A stretch of DNA of 64,000 bases from an uncultured Gammaproteobacteria bacterium (GTDB lineage Bacteria > Patescibacteriota > Microgenomatia > Woykebacterales > RBG-16-39-9b): positions 576,137-640,136 of the forward strand of contig OZ246414.1 of assembly GCA_965231125.1 (NCBI GenBank). Direction: 5' to 3'. A program made the translations under genes and the position numbers. Positions 36,933-46,565 of this stretch are shown in pieces. The first letter of the stretch is position 1. Each line of letters opens with the position of its first letter. The notes below the pieces were generated by a model. That model did no database searches and was not told where the DNA came from. It worked only from the letters and a program-made list of their open reading frames with translations.

Positions 36933-37481
36933 ATGTTGAAGTTAAATCTTCGGGCGTCTGCCATGGCACTAATGACCTTTCCAATTTTAGTTGCCAGTCC
37001 CACAATTTCAAATAGTTTTCAGTCTAAAACTGTAGTTCAAAACAGGGTACCTTCACCTAACCAAAAATCTAAAACAATAGCGTTTGTGGCCAAAGTTGTT
37101 GCTCGAAAGGACGACCGCGCCAAAATTTTAGCTAAATATTTACATGCGCGTAAGTCACCAATGACTAGATATGCCAGGGAGTTGGTAAGAATTGCCGATA
37201 AGTACAATTTGGATTGGCGACTTTTACCGGCTATTTCCGGGGTTGAATCTCAATACGGGATTATGGTGCCCACTGGGTCTTACAATCCGTACGGTTGGAA
37301 TAACGGTGCTGCTTACTTCAAAAACTGGGTTGACGCTGCGAACAAAGTGGCTTCTGGAATCCGTTACCGTTACGCACCTTCCGGTTCAGTTGACCCGTTT
37401 CGAATCGGGCCAAGGTACGCGGCAAATCCCGCTTGGGCAGCGCGAGTGGCAGTCTACATGAAGCAAATTAACCAAATCTAA
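36933..37481 (+). CDS. Lysozyme-like cell-wall hydrolase (paralog of the upstream gene)
   Basis: Signal peptide; ADKYNLDWRLLPAISGVESQYG, YNPYGW. Confidence 0.75.
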   Translation: MLKLNLRASAMALMTFPILVASPTISNSFQSKTVVQNRVPSPNQKSKTIAFVAKVVARKDDRAKILAKYLHARKSPMTRYARELVRIADKYNLDWRLLPAISGVESQYGIMVPTGSYNPYGWNNGAAYFKNWVDAANKVASGIRYRYAPSGSVDPFRIGPRYAANPAWAARVAVYMKQINQI

Positions 37482-37505
37482 CTAAAATTTGCTAAAATAG
37501 GGGAC

Positions 37506-38882
37506 ATGGACCCTAGATTCCTTGCTGCGAGACTATCTTCTTCTTTTATTAACAAAACGCTGCGACTTTCTGGAGGGGGTGGAACAGCCGCTCCAGGTCT
37601 GGTTGCGGAATGTATCGACCCTCAATCTTTGAAAAAACTAACAAAATATGTGTCCGATATAGTCATCGTAACCGGAACAAATGGTAAAACGACTACGTCC
37701 AGAATTATTGGTTCGGCTCTCGCAAAAAACGGAACTTCTTATATTCATAATCGCGAGGGTTCAAACCTTTTGCGTGGTCTAATCGGCAGTTTAATTGCTA
37801 AAACCCCTTTTTTCCCAGGCTCAAAAAAACCTCTGGCTTTACTGGAAGTGGATGAAGCGACACTACCTCCGGTAGTTGCGCAAACCACCCTGAGAATTAT
37901 TGTTATAACCAACCTTTTTAGAGACCAACTAGATAGATATGGCGAAGTGGACTCAATTAGAAAAACCTGGCGAAAAGCTTTGCAAAACCTTGACCAAAAT
38001 ACAACCCTAGTTTTGAATAGTGATGACCCATCGGTTGCCCATTTGGGTAAAAACACCCGTGCTAAAGTGGTTTACTTTGGAGTTGAGGACAAAAGGCACT
38101 CTCTGCAGGCCCTCCCGCACGCTGCCGATTTCGTAAACTGTATAGTTTGCGGCAACGAGCTAAAATACGAAACAATCTACATTTCTCACCTTGGTAAATA
38201 TAAATGTCCTTCTTGCGGTGAAGAAAGGCCTTCTCCGGGGTTCTACGCGAAAAAAATTGAACTTTTAGACGAATATAGCTTCAAGGCAACAATTATTACT
38301 CCCAAAGATTTATTGGTAGTCAAGATGCAACTCCCCGGTCTGTACAATGTTTACAACTGTCTTGCGGCTGTGGCGGCCGCCGTCTCACTAAATATACCCG
38401 TAACAAAGATAATCCAGGCTCTGAAAGGTTATCAAGCGGCCTTTGGACGCACTGAATCTATCGATGTCGCTGGTAAAAAGGTTTATTTGGCGCTTGCCAA
38501 GAATCCGACCGGATTTAACGAGCTTTTACGAACTATTTTTTCCGGGAACGAGAAAAAACACGTTTTAATTATCATAAACGACCTTATCGCCGACGGCAGA
38601 GATGTTTCCTGGCTTTGGGATGTGGATTTTGAACTGCTTAAAGACAAAACCGAAAAAGTCTGGGTGGCCGGTTTAAGAGCGGCAGACATGGGCCTAAGAC
38701 TTAAATACGCTGGTATAGAGACAGAAGGTTTTAATTCAAACATTAAAGAAGCTTTAGATTCTGCTTACACAAATATTCCTCCTAAGGAAACTTTATTTGT
38801 TTTACCGACTTACACGGCAATGCTAGAAACAAAAAAAATTCTGGCCGAAAAAGGCTATGGCAGGCAGTTTTGGGAAGACTAG
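37506..38882 (+). CDS. murT: MurT, lipid II isoglutaminyl synthase subunit
   Basis: VTGTNGKTT, NLFRDQLDRYGE, two CxxC, DGRDVSWLWD, TYTAM. Confidence 0.93.
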   Translation: MDPRFLAARLSSSFINKTLRLSGGGGTAAPGLVAECIDPQSLKKLTKYVSDIVIVTGTNGKTTTSRIIGSALAKNGTSYIHNREGSNLLRGLIGSLIAKTPFFPGSKKPLALLEVDEATLPPVVAQTTLRIIVITNLFRDQLDRYGEVDSIRKTWRKALQNLDQNTTLVLNSDDPSVAHLGKNTRAKVVYFGVEDKRHSLQALPHAADFVNCIVCGNELKYETIYISHLGKYKCPSCGEERPSPGFYAKKIELLDEYSFKATIITPKDLLVVKMQLPGLYNVYNCLAAVAAAVSLNIPVTKIIQALKGYQAAFGRTESIDVAGKKVYLALAKNPTGFNELLRTIFSGNEKKHVLIIINDLIADGRDVSWLWDVDFELLKDKTEKVWVAGLRAADMGLRLKYAGIETEGFNSNIKEALDSAYTNIPPKETLFVLPTYTAMLETKKILAEKGYGRQFWED

Positions 38883-38962
38883 GATTTAAGTATAAATTAC
38901 GAAGGACGAAGTATCAATTTAACTTATAGCTTAATATTTAATACTTAAGTACTTTATACTTA
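38870..38962 (+). repeat. About 90 bp degenerate direct repeat (copy 2) covering the murT stop
   Basis: Aligns with 34236-34326. Confidence 0.85.
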
Positions 38963-38968
38963 ATATTT

Positions 38969-39706
38969 ATGTTGCTAACAATTGGTTGGCTTTATCCAAA
39001 ACAGATGAGTACCTATGGCGATAGGGGCAACATTTTAACTCTTGTTCAGAGGTGTGTTTGGCGTGACATTAAAGTTGAAGTAATAGAAATTAATTTGAAA
39101 GATAAAATTGACCCCCAAGAAATAGATTTTTATTTCTTTGGTGGCGGCCAAGACGTAGCGCAAATTAAAGTTTCCGAAGATCTACAGAAATTCAAAAAAG
39201 AGGCGCTCGCTGATGCAGCGGGGCTAGGGGCAGTTTTTCTTTCAATTTGCGGAGGTTATCAGCTTCTCGGACACTACTATAAACCAGAGGGGGGTGTTGA
39301 AATTCCCGGGGTCGGAATTCTAGATGTATTTACTGTCGCCGGAAACAAAAGAATGATTGGCAATATTGTTATCGAGAGCAATCCTTCTATACCAGAAAGA
39401 ACTTTGGTTGGTTTTGAAAACCACAGCGGTAAAACTTTTCTTGGCAAAGAAGCGGTCCAGCTTGGCAGAGTTGTTGTTGGATCGGGTAACAATGGTGAAG
39501 ATAGAACTGAGGGCGCGATTCAAGGGAATATTTTTGGTTGTTACTTACACGGGCCCGTCTTGCCAAAAAATCCAAAGTTTGCTGATTACTTAATTCAAAA
39601 GGCGTTGGACCGCAAACGTAGATGGGTCGAATTAAAACCACTTGAGGATTCGCTGGAGATTGCCACGCACGCAGCTGCAGTCGAGCGATCCCGAAAAACC
39701 CAGTAA
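38969..39706 (+). CDS. gatD: GatD glutamine amidotransferase
   Basis: YGDRGN, GGGQD, ICGGYQLLG, GFENH, YLHGPVLPKNP. Confidence 0.93.
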   Translation: MLLTIGWLYPKQMSTYGDRGNILTLVQRCVWRDIKVEVIEINLKDKIDPQEIDFYFFGGGQDVAQIKVSEDLQKFKKEALADAAGLGAVFLSICGGYQLLGHYYKPEGGVEIPGVGILDVFTVAGNKRMIGNIVIESNPSIPERTLVGFENHSGKTFLGKEAVQLGRVVVGSGNNGEDRTEGAIQGNIFGCYLHGPVLPKNPKFADYLIQKALDRKRRWVELKPLEDSLEIATHAAAVERSRKTQ

Positions 39707-39744
39707 TTTGTAATTTAGCCTCAGATTTTGTATAATTTATCAAC

Positions 39745-39834
39745 GCCGCGGTGGTGAAACTGGTAGACACGCATGGCTTAGGACCATGTGCCCTTAAACA
39801 AGGCTTGGGAGTTCGAGTCTCCCCCGCGGCACCA
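39745..39834 (+). tRNA. tRNA-Leu(TAG)
   Basis: CATGG-CTTAGGA-CCATG. Confidence 0.97.
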
Positions 39835-39845
39835 GAATAAACGTG

Positions 39846-40598
39846 ATGAAAATTAAATTCCTCGGAACTTCAGCGGGATGGCCTCTACCGCGATTAGGAT
39901 GCAGGTGCGAGATTTGCACGTCGAAAGACCCAAAAGACAAAAGAACTAGAACCCAGCTTCTAGTAAACGACTTCCTACTCTTAGACGTTGGTATCGATAC
40001 CTATCAGCATCTGGCCAAACCAGATGTGGACCCAACAAAAATAAAATTCGCCGCCATAACACACGAACACGGAGACCACACTTTGGGCTTTTGGGATCTC
40101 TCTCATATATACACCTCAAAAGATAAAGTTAGTGTTATTATTCACCCGTCGACCTTCTCCAAAGTTAGGAATCTTTTTTTCCCTGGGAAGTACAAAATTT
40201 TAAAAACCGAGGCGGGCAGTCCTATTAAAATCGACGGTATCTCCCTAACACTTTTACCAGTTCAACATACCAATTCCTCATTTGGAATTCTTGTAAGCGA
40301 GGGAGGCAAAAGACTCTTTTACGCTCCCGACATGAAGATTTTGCCGCAAGAAACCTTTACTAAATTAAAGGGTGTTGATTTACTCGCTGTTGACGGTTCT
40401 GAACTAAGAATCAAAACCCCAAACCACCAAACTATCGAAGAAGGAATAAATCTAGGTAAGAAACTTGCCGCTAAAAAAATTTACTTTGTTCATATTGGTC
40501 ACCGAATCCTACCTCACGAAGAACTTAATAAATTAGTAAAAAATGAAGGCGGGGTTCAATTCAACACCGCTTATGACGGTTTAGAGGCAGATCTATGA
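39846..40598 (+). CDS. PhnP-like MBL-fold hydrolase
   Basis: FLGTS, GCRCEIC, THEHGDH, HIGH, AYDG. Confidence 0.9.
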   Translation: MKIKFLGTSAGWPLPRLGCRCEICTSKDPKDKRTRTQLLVNDFLLLDVGIDTYQHLAKPDVDPTKIKFAAITHEHGDHTLGFWDLSHIYTSKDKVSVIIHPSTFSKVRNLFFPGKYKILKTEAGSPIKIDGISLTLLPVQHTNSSFGILVSEGGKRLFYAPDMKILPQETFTKLKGVDLLAVDGSELRIKTPNHQTIEEGINLGKKLAAKKIYFVHIGHRILPHEELNKLVKNEGGVQFNTAYDGLEADL

Positions 40599-41179
40599 GA
40601 CAGGTTTTAGTGGCAACTAACAACGAAGGCAAGTTGAAAGAAGTGCAAAACTACTTAGAGAGCGCGGACTTCAAAGTGATAAGTCTCAAAGATGCAAATA
40701 TTGACGTTATTGTCGACGAGAGAGGTAAAACTTTCGAAGAAAACGCAAAAATAAAAGCCGCCACTTATTCAAAATACACTGACCTACCGTTAATTTCTGA
40801 AGACTCCGGTCTTGAAATAGAAGCCTTGAATGGTTTTCCTGGGGTAAAAACGGCTCGCTGGAAAGAAGGCTCAGACCGGGCTCGAAACGAAGGTATTTTG
40901 GAAAGGATGTCGGCGGTAAAAAATAGAAAAGCCAAATTTGTCTCAGCTGTCGTTTTTTATGACAAAAGGAACAACATTTTGAAAACTTTTGAGGGAGTAA
41001 TGAATTGTCAAATCGCTCGGAAACCTTCAGGTACCAACGGATTTGGCTATGATCCAATTTTGTTCATACCAGAACTTGGAAAAACTACCGCCGAAATTTC
41101 TTTAGAAGATAAAAACAAAATTTCTCACCGCGGCAAGGCTTTACAGAAACTTGCCGGCTTTCTCCAAAACCAAAAATGA
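40595..41179 (+). CDS. rdgB: Non-canonical purine NTP pyrophosphatase
   Basis: ATNNEGK, EDSGL, GFGYDP, SHRGKA. Confidence 0.95.
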   Translation: MRQVLVATNNEGKLKEVQNYLESADFKVISLKDANIDVIVDERGKTFEENAKIKAATYSKYTDLPLISEDSGLEIEALNGFPGVKTARWKEGSDRARNEGILERMSAVKNRKAKFVSAVVFYDKRNNILKTFEGVMNCQIARKPSGTNGFGYDPILFIPELGKTTAEISLEDKNKISHRGKALQKLAGFLQNQK

Positions 41180-41583
41180 AAAAAATAATCGTCTTTGGAA
41201 CATTTGACACTGTTCATCCGGGGCATCTAAGCTTTTTTGCCCAAGCCAAAGGGCTAGGGGACTATTTAATTATTGTAGTTGCCCGCGATAAATTTGTAAA
41301 AAACTCTAAAGGAAGTTTGCCGAAAAACAATGAAAAGGTAAGAGCGAGGACGGTCCGAAAAACAAAACTTGCCGACAAAGTGTTGCTTGGGTCTAAAACC
41401 CACAATTTTTACCAAACACTTCGTACCTACAAAACAGAAATAATTGCTTTAGGTTACGACCAAAAACCATCTATTCGCGAGCTTAAAAAAGATCTTAAAC
41501 ACCACCGACTAGGCAACATACAAATAGTCCGCCTAAAAAGTTTCAAACCGCGTGTATTCAAATCCAGTCTTCTGGTAAAATAA
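41176..41583 (+). CDS. Cytidylyltransferase-family protein (RibL/FAD synthase-like)
   Basis: FGTFDTVHPGH, VVARD, LGYDQ. Confidence 0.85.
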   Translation: MKKIIVFGTFDTVHPGHLSFFAQAKGLGDYLIIVVARDKFVKNSKGSLPKNNEKVRARTVRKTKLADKVLLGSKTHNFYQTLRTYKTEIIALGYDQKPSIRELKKDLKHHRLGNIQIVRLKSFKPRVFKSSLLVK

Positions 41584-41588
41584 CAAAT

Positions 41589-42473
41589 ATGAATAAATTA
41601 TCTGTTGGTCCAATCATTTTAATTTTTCTGGGGATAATTTTCCTACTTAACAACTTAGGAGTCTTACCCTGGGATCTCTGGACATCGCTCTGGAAATTTT
41701 GGCCGGTAATCTTAATACTTGTTGGAACGGAAATTTTGCTGGGGAAAAAAGCTTCCTTCAAGACTTTGCTGATTTTGGCGGCTCTTATTTTTGTAGTTCC
41801 AATTTTCCTCTCGTATAACCCGTTTACGAACAATCCTTTGACAACTGAAAAGTTTAAAATTGATGAAAGTTTGGGAGCAGCAACAAAAGCAAAAATAAAT
41901 TTGGATTTCCCAGCATTTAATCTGACAATCAAATCCTTGGACGCAGACTCGTCTTTTTTGGTTCAAGGGTCGATCGACTACAGCCAGGCGGCAAAAAAAC
42001 CCGAGTTAGAAAGAACGGATATTTTCGGTGAAAGCGACTTATCTTTAAGTGAGTCTGCTCAGGGAAAACTCCCGTTTATATCAAATCTAAAAACCAGTGG
42101 TACGCTTTCCCTCAGTAGGCTCGTACCAACCCAGATTTTTTTGAAAACAGGAGCGTCTACGGATAATATTGACTTATCAAACCTTAAGGTTGAATACTTG
42201 GAAATAAACTCCGGAGCCTCAAATATAAATATAAAATTTGCCTCAGGTTTCAACCAAAAAGTGTTAATCAGAACTGGCGCTTCTAGTATAACTCTAAACT
42301 TACCAGAATCTTTGGCCGCTAAAGTTACTGTAAACTCCCAAGTAAAAAGTGTAAATGCGCCTGATCGCTTTGAGAAAAAAGGTAACCAATACGAGACCAA
42401 AAACCTTAGCCAGGTGCCAGTGAAAGCTCAAATAGACATTCAATCGGCAGCTGGTAGCGTGATAATAAAGTAA
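41589..42473 (+). CDS. LiaF/DUF5668-like membrane protein with beta-solenoid C-terminus
   Basis: LIFLGIIFLLNNLG, WPVILI; repeated xGAS units. Confidence 0.75.
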   Translation: MNKLSVGPIILIFLGIIFLLNNLGVLPWDLWTSLWKFWPVILILVGTEILLGKKASFKTLLILAALIFVVPIFLSYNPFTNNPLTTEKFKIDESLGAATKAKINLDFPAFNLTIKSLDADSSFLVQGSIDYSQAAKKPELERTDIFGESDLSLSESAQGKLPFISNLKTSGTLSLSRLVPTQIFLKTGASTDNIDLSNLKVEYLEINSGASNINIKFASGFNQKVLIRTGASSITLNLPESLAAKVTVNSQVKSVNAPDRFEKKGNQYETKNLSQVPVKAQIDIQSAAGSVIIK

Positions 42474-42483
42474 AACACCTCAC

Positions 42484-42640
42484 TTGACAGTTTGCTTGGT
42501 TCTTGTTAATATCTTTTTGTGATTAGAAAAAACGTCTCTATCAACCTTGTTAATGCAGAACTCCTTCTCGGAGTTTATTGCATTTGACGGGGCTAAAGAC
42601 ACGTTTTAGTGAAACTCATAGCCCCGAAAGGGGCTTTTTT
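42484..42640 (+). promoter_or_regulatory. Promoter plus structured leader ending in a terminator with a competing antiterminator
   Basis: TTGACA at 42484; AGCCCC-GAAA-GGGGCT-TTTTT; an upstream GGGGCTA can pair with TAGCCCC. Confidence 0.5.
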
Positions 42641-42807
42641 AATTGTCATGGCGGTAGCAACTTTCCCATACGGAGCGATCCTGCGTCACTGAGAGAGTGG
42701 GCCAGGTGGTTCAACCCCACCGCCGCCACCAATAACACAAATAAACTTTTTGGATTGGAGGAGATAGAGGAAGGAGAGGTTTCAAACGTGTTCAAACTTG
42801 AAAAACC

Positions 42808-43041
42808 ATGTCCGAGGGCGTGTTTTCAGGAGGTGACTTTGTGCAAGAAGTAGTTCACAACTGTCCAGAATGTGGGTCTCCAATCGACCAGGAAAACGTT
42901 CACGAGGACAGGACCATGGAAGGCGAGCACGTTCCTAACCACGTGCACTGCCAAAACTGCGAAACGCGGTCCGAGATCGTCGGCGATGAAGACGGCATCA
43001 TGCTTTCGCACACAACCAAAGGAAGGTCTTCAGTTTCCTAA
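42808..43041 (+). CDS. Small Zn-ribbon-like protein
   Basis: CPEC and CQNC; true start may be GTG 42841 after AGGAGG. Confidence 0.5.
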   Translation: MSEGVFSGGDFVQEVVHNCPECGSPIDQENVHEDRTMEGEHVPNHVHCQNCETRSEIVGDEDGIMLSHTTKGRSSVS

Positions 43042-43260
43042 AGTGGAGGGGATTATGACCGCTCTAACAAAAGGCATTGCTGGTAAAGAAGGTGAGATTT
43101 CCCCGGTCGATGCAGCGGCACAGGAGGAGTTTCGCCAAGAGCTAATGAGGCACAAGGGCAACCGTCCTATTTTTTAGGCCTTGGCAACCGGTGCTGTCAG
43201 AATTCATCCAGAGTGGGCGGGAGTAATACGCAGCGTACTGAGGCAGCTTAACAAAGAGTA

Positions 43261-43521
43261 TTGGGAGGTCGACATCTTACCAGAGGAGCTGGAAAAACCT
43301 CCAGCCTACGTAAGGTAAAGGAGAAGGGAAAAGTGGATCCAGACCTGATTAGGGAAACTTTGGACGTCGTCAGAGACGACCCTCAAAGATTCCAAGAAAC
43401 GAAAAGTGACCTTCTTCGTAGCGATCCGACCGGTGCGACACGAAGCGTTATCGCGAAGTGGGAAAGAGAAAATCCAGATGCGCGTTCTCAATCCCGCCAG
43501 AGTGTTGAAACCGCAGGATAA
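43261..43521 (+). CDS. Hypothetical protein
   Basis: 86 aa ORF followed by a terminator; start uncertain. Confidence 0.35.
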   Translation: MGGRHLTRGAGKTSSLRKVKEKGKVDPDLIRETLDVVRDDPQRFQETKSDLLRSDPTGATRSVIAKWERENPDARSQSRQSVETAG

Positions 43522-43552
43522 GTGAGGTAAGCAAAGGTCGTGAACATCTAAT

Positions 43553-43586
43553 ACCCCAGTAACTGGCTCTGCTGGGGTTTTCTTTT
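43553..43586 (+). terminator. Intrinsic terminator
   Basis: ACCCCAG..CTGGGGT followed by a T-run. Confidence 0.6.
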
Positions 43587-43651
43587 AATCTTGCTCCAAT
43601 CTCTATTTATTGTTATAATCCCTCCGTTATAAGAACCTGGTCGAAATTTGC

Positions 43652-44308
43652 ATGGAGTTGGTACCAATGGTGATTAAGCGGGACCCGAGAGGGGAACGCG
43701 CATACGACATCTACAGTCGGCTTTTAGAAGACCGAATTATTTTTATTGGCGGGCCGATAAGCGATGAGTTGGCCAATATCGTCATTGCTGAACTGCTTTA
43801 TTTGGAAAATGAAGACAATCAAAAAGACGTTGCCATTTACATAAATTCGCCTGGCGGTTTGGTTCACGCCACTCTAGCTATTTACGACACGATGAAATAT
43901 ATAGGTCCGGATGTTTCTACCGTCTGCGTTGGGCTTGCAGCCTCTGGAGCAGCTGTTTTACTGGCCGGTGGAAAACGCGGAAAAAGATATTCTTTACCCA
44001 ATTCCAAGATTATGATTCATCAGCCGATGTCAGAGATTTCTGGACAAGCAACGGACATTCAAATTCACGCCGACGAAATTCTAAAGCTAAAGAGAAAACT
44101 AAACGAAATTTTGGCAAAAGAGACAAAGAGACCTATTTCCCAAGTGGAAAAAGATACCGAACGAGATTTCTTTATGACCAGTCACGAAGCGTCAAAATAC
44201 GGGCTAATTGATGAAGTAATCGAAGGAAAGAAAATAAAACTAATAAAGCCGAAAGAAGCCGGCACGAAAAGGGAAGAGGAACCAGATTTAGTTGCGGACA
44301 CACGCTAA
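43652..44308 (+). CDS. clpP: ClpP protease
   Basis: [29 protein letters not shown]. Confidence 0.97.
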   Translation: MELVPMVIKRDPRGERAYDIYSRLLEDRIIFIGGPISDELANIVIAELLYLENEDNQKDVAIYINSPGGLVHATLAIYDTMKYIGPDVSTVCVGLAASGAAVLLAGGKRGKRYSLPNSKIMIHQPMSEISGQATDIQIHADEILKLKRKLNEILAKETKRPISQVEKDTERDFFMTSHEASKYGLIDEVIEGKKIKLIKPKEAGTKREEEPDLVADTR

Positions 44309-44312
44309 TTGC

Positions 44313-44506
44313 GGACCGTTGGCTCATCCGCCAGCTGGCGGAGTTGGACTGCCGCGTTGACACCCGCCTGCAAGAGCACGCATAGCTCAGTGGTTAGAGT
44401 GCCTCGTTGACATCGAGGAGGTCCCTGGTTCGAATCCAGGTGCGTGCACCAGAATGCAGAGGGCAGGTCGCGGAGGTCACCCCGCTCAGCGGGGTACCGT
44501 CCACCA
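44313..44506 (+). pseudogene. Decayed outer tRNA-Val(GAC) enclosing the intact tRNA-Val(GAC)
   Basis: Acceptor GGACCGT/ACCGTCC+ACCA (6/7 pairs), anticodon stem CCGCG/CGCGG, loop TTGACA[insert], AGGTC, T-stem ACCCC/GGGGT. Confidence 0.8.
44376..44451 (+). tRNA. tRNA-Val(GAC), nested
   Basis: CCTCG-TTGACAT-CGAGG. Confidence 0.97.
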
Positions 44507-44583
44507 CTTAAAGTTTTACACCCCACAGAATTGATCTCAACACTTTGCTTGTTTTGTACCCATAAAATGGGTATAATTTAGCT

Positions 44584-44826
44584 ATGCCTAATCAAGATGA
44601 TTTGATTGAAGACAAAGGTTACAGCGCAATTCACTTGTCCAAGAGGAAAATAATGGTTAATAATTTTTTGGGCGGCCTGGCTTGGGGTTTTGGAACAGTG
44701 CTGGGGGCCTCAATTCTAGCCGCACTCGTTATCCTTATTTTGAGCAGGTTAGGAACTGTCCCCCTTATTGGCCACTTTATCGCACGAATCCTAAGTGAAG
44801 TTCAGCCCCAACAGAATATAAAATGA
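44584..44826 (+). CDS. DUF5665-like small membrane protein
   Basis: NFLGGLAWGFGTVLGA, VPLIG. Confidence 0.75.
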   Translation: MPNQDDLIEDKGYSAIHLSKRKIMVNNFLGGLAWGFGTVLGASILAALVILILSRLGTVPLIGHFIARILSEVQPQQNIK

Positions 44827-46565
44827 AGCAAGATATCTCTACTATCCGACATTCTACGGCTCACGTGATGGCAGCCTCCGTCAAGAAACTTTTTCCGGAA
44901 ACGAAACTAGGAATCGGGCCAGTTGTAGAAAGCGGTTTTTACTATGATTTTGATTCCCCCCACCGTTTTTCCGAAGCCGATTTCCAAAAAATTGAGGGAG
45001 AGATGCTAAAGATAAAGAAACAAAAAATTCCCTTTGAGAAAATCGAAAAAAAGATAGACGAAGCTATAAAACTTTCAAAGGACGCGGCAGAGCCGTATAA
45101 AAACGAGTTAATTTCGGATCTAAAAACCCAAGGGGAGACTAAAGTTTCTTTTTATAAAACTGGAGATTTTATTGATCTATGTCGCGGGCCTCATGTAAAC
45201 AATTCTTCGGAAATTGGAGAATTTAAACTTTTATCCGTGGCCGGGGCTTACTGGAAGGGCAGTGAAAAAAACAAAATGTTACAAAGAATCTACGCTACTG
45301 ACTGGCAGACTAAAGATGAGTTAGAGAAATACTTAAAGATGCTTGAGCGGGCCAAGGAATCCGATCACCGAAAAATCGGCAAGGACCTGGAGCTGTTTTT
45401 AATCAGTGAAGAAGTCGGCCAAGGCTTACCTTTATGGCTTCCAAAGGGAACAACGGTTCGCCGACAGCTAGAAAATTTTGTCTTAGATTTGGAAATAAAA
45501 GCTGACTACGAACATGTTTCCACACCCCATTTGGGAAAACTTGATCTCTACAAAACCTCAGGACACTGGCAGCATTATAAAGATCTCATGTACTCACCAA
45601 TTTCAATTGAAGATGAAAAGTATTTACTAAGAGCAATGAATTGCCCCCACCATATCGTAATTTATAAATCTAAACCAAGAAGCTATAAAGATTTGCCCCT
45701 AAGAATCGCCGAAGAAGGCACAGTATACCGTTTCGAAAAATCAGGGGAATTAACCGGTCTTTCAAGAGTCCGCGCTTTTACCATCAACGACGCCCACATT
45801 TTTTGCACTCAAGACCAAATACCCAGCGAAATAAAAAATGTTCTGGAACTTATAAAAAAACTGTACAAAGCAGTTGGCTTTTCGCAGTATCGAGTTGTTC
45901 TCGCCCTGAGGGATCCAAAGGATAAAGAAAAATACGTCGCAGGAGATAAAATGTGGCAAACTTCAGAGGAGGCTTTGGAAGAGTCTTTGAAAAAAATTAA
46001 CGAGTCTTACGAAAAAGTTGTGGGGGAGGCCGCCTTTTACGGCCCAAAAATAGACGTTCAAGCGAAAGACGCGTTAGGACGAGAATTTACTATCTCAACC
46101 GTGCAGCTTGATTTTTATTTGCCAAAAAGATTCAACTTGGAATATACAAACGATGCCGGAGAAAAAGTTGCTCCCGTGATAATTCACCGTGCTTTAATCG
46201 GTAGTTTTGAGAGATTTTTTGCCTTTCTAATTGAGCACCACGCCGGTAAGTTTCCTGTCTGGCTTTCCCCAATTCAAGTTGCAGTTTTACCAATAGCGGA
46301 AAGGCACAACGAGTACGCCGAGCAAATTAGTCGGCAGCTTAAAGAAGCCGACATACGCGTAAAAGCAAATTTACGCAACGAGACTTTGCAGGCGAAAATT
46401 AGGGAAGCCGAAATTCAAAAAATACCTTGCATTTTAGTTGTGGGGGATAGAGAACAAGTAACAAAAAAAGTATCTTTCCGCTCGAAGGAAGGCTCCCAAA
46501 CACTTGATTTAGCCGACTTTGTGGAAAAAATAAAAAAAGAAATCTCTAAGGAGCGGGATGAGTAG
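44823..46565 (+). CDS. thrS: Threonine--tRNA ligase
   Basis: RHSTAH, DLCRGPH, DHRKIG, MNCPHH, AFYGPKID. Confidence 0.98.
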   Translation: MKQDISTIRHSTAHVMAASVKKLFPETKLGIGPVVESGFYYDFDSPHRFSEADFQKIEGEMLKIKKQKIPFEKIEKKIDEAIKLSKDAAEPYKNELISDLKTQGETKVSFYKTGDFIDLCRGPHVNNSSEIGEFKLLSVAGAYWKGSEKNKMLQRIYATDWQTKDELEKYLKMLERAKESDHRKIGKDLELFLISEEVGQGLPLWLPKGTTVRRQLENFVLDLEIKADYEHVSTPHLGKLDLYKTSGHWQHYKDLMYSPISIEDEKYLLRAMNCPHHIVIYKSKPRSYKDLPLRIAEEGTVYRFEKSGELTGLSRVRAFTINDAHIFCTQDQIPSEIKNVLELIKKLYKAVGFSQYRVVLALRDPKDKEKYVAGDKMWQTSEEALEESLKKINESYEKVVGEAAFYGPKIDVQAKDALGREFTISTVQLDFYLPKRFNLEYTNDAGEKVAPVIIHRALIGSFERFFAFLIEHHAGKFPVWLSPIQVAVLPIAERHNEYAEQISRQLKEADIRVKANLRNETLQAKIREAEIQKIPCILVVGDREQVTKKVSFRSKEGSQTLDLADFVEKIKKEISKERDE

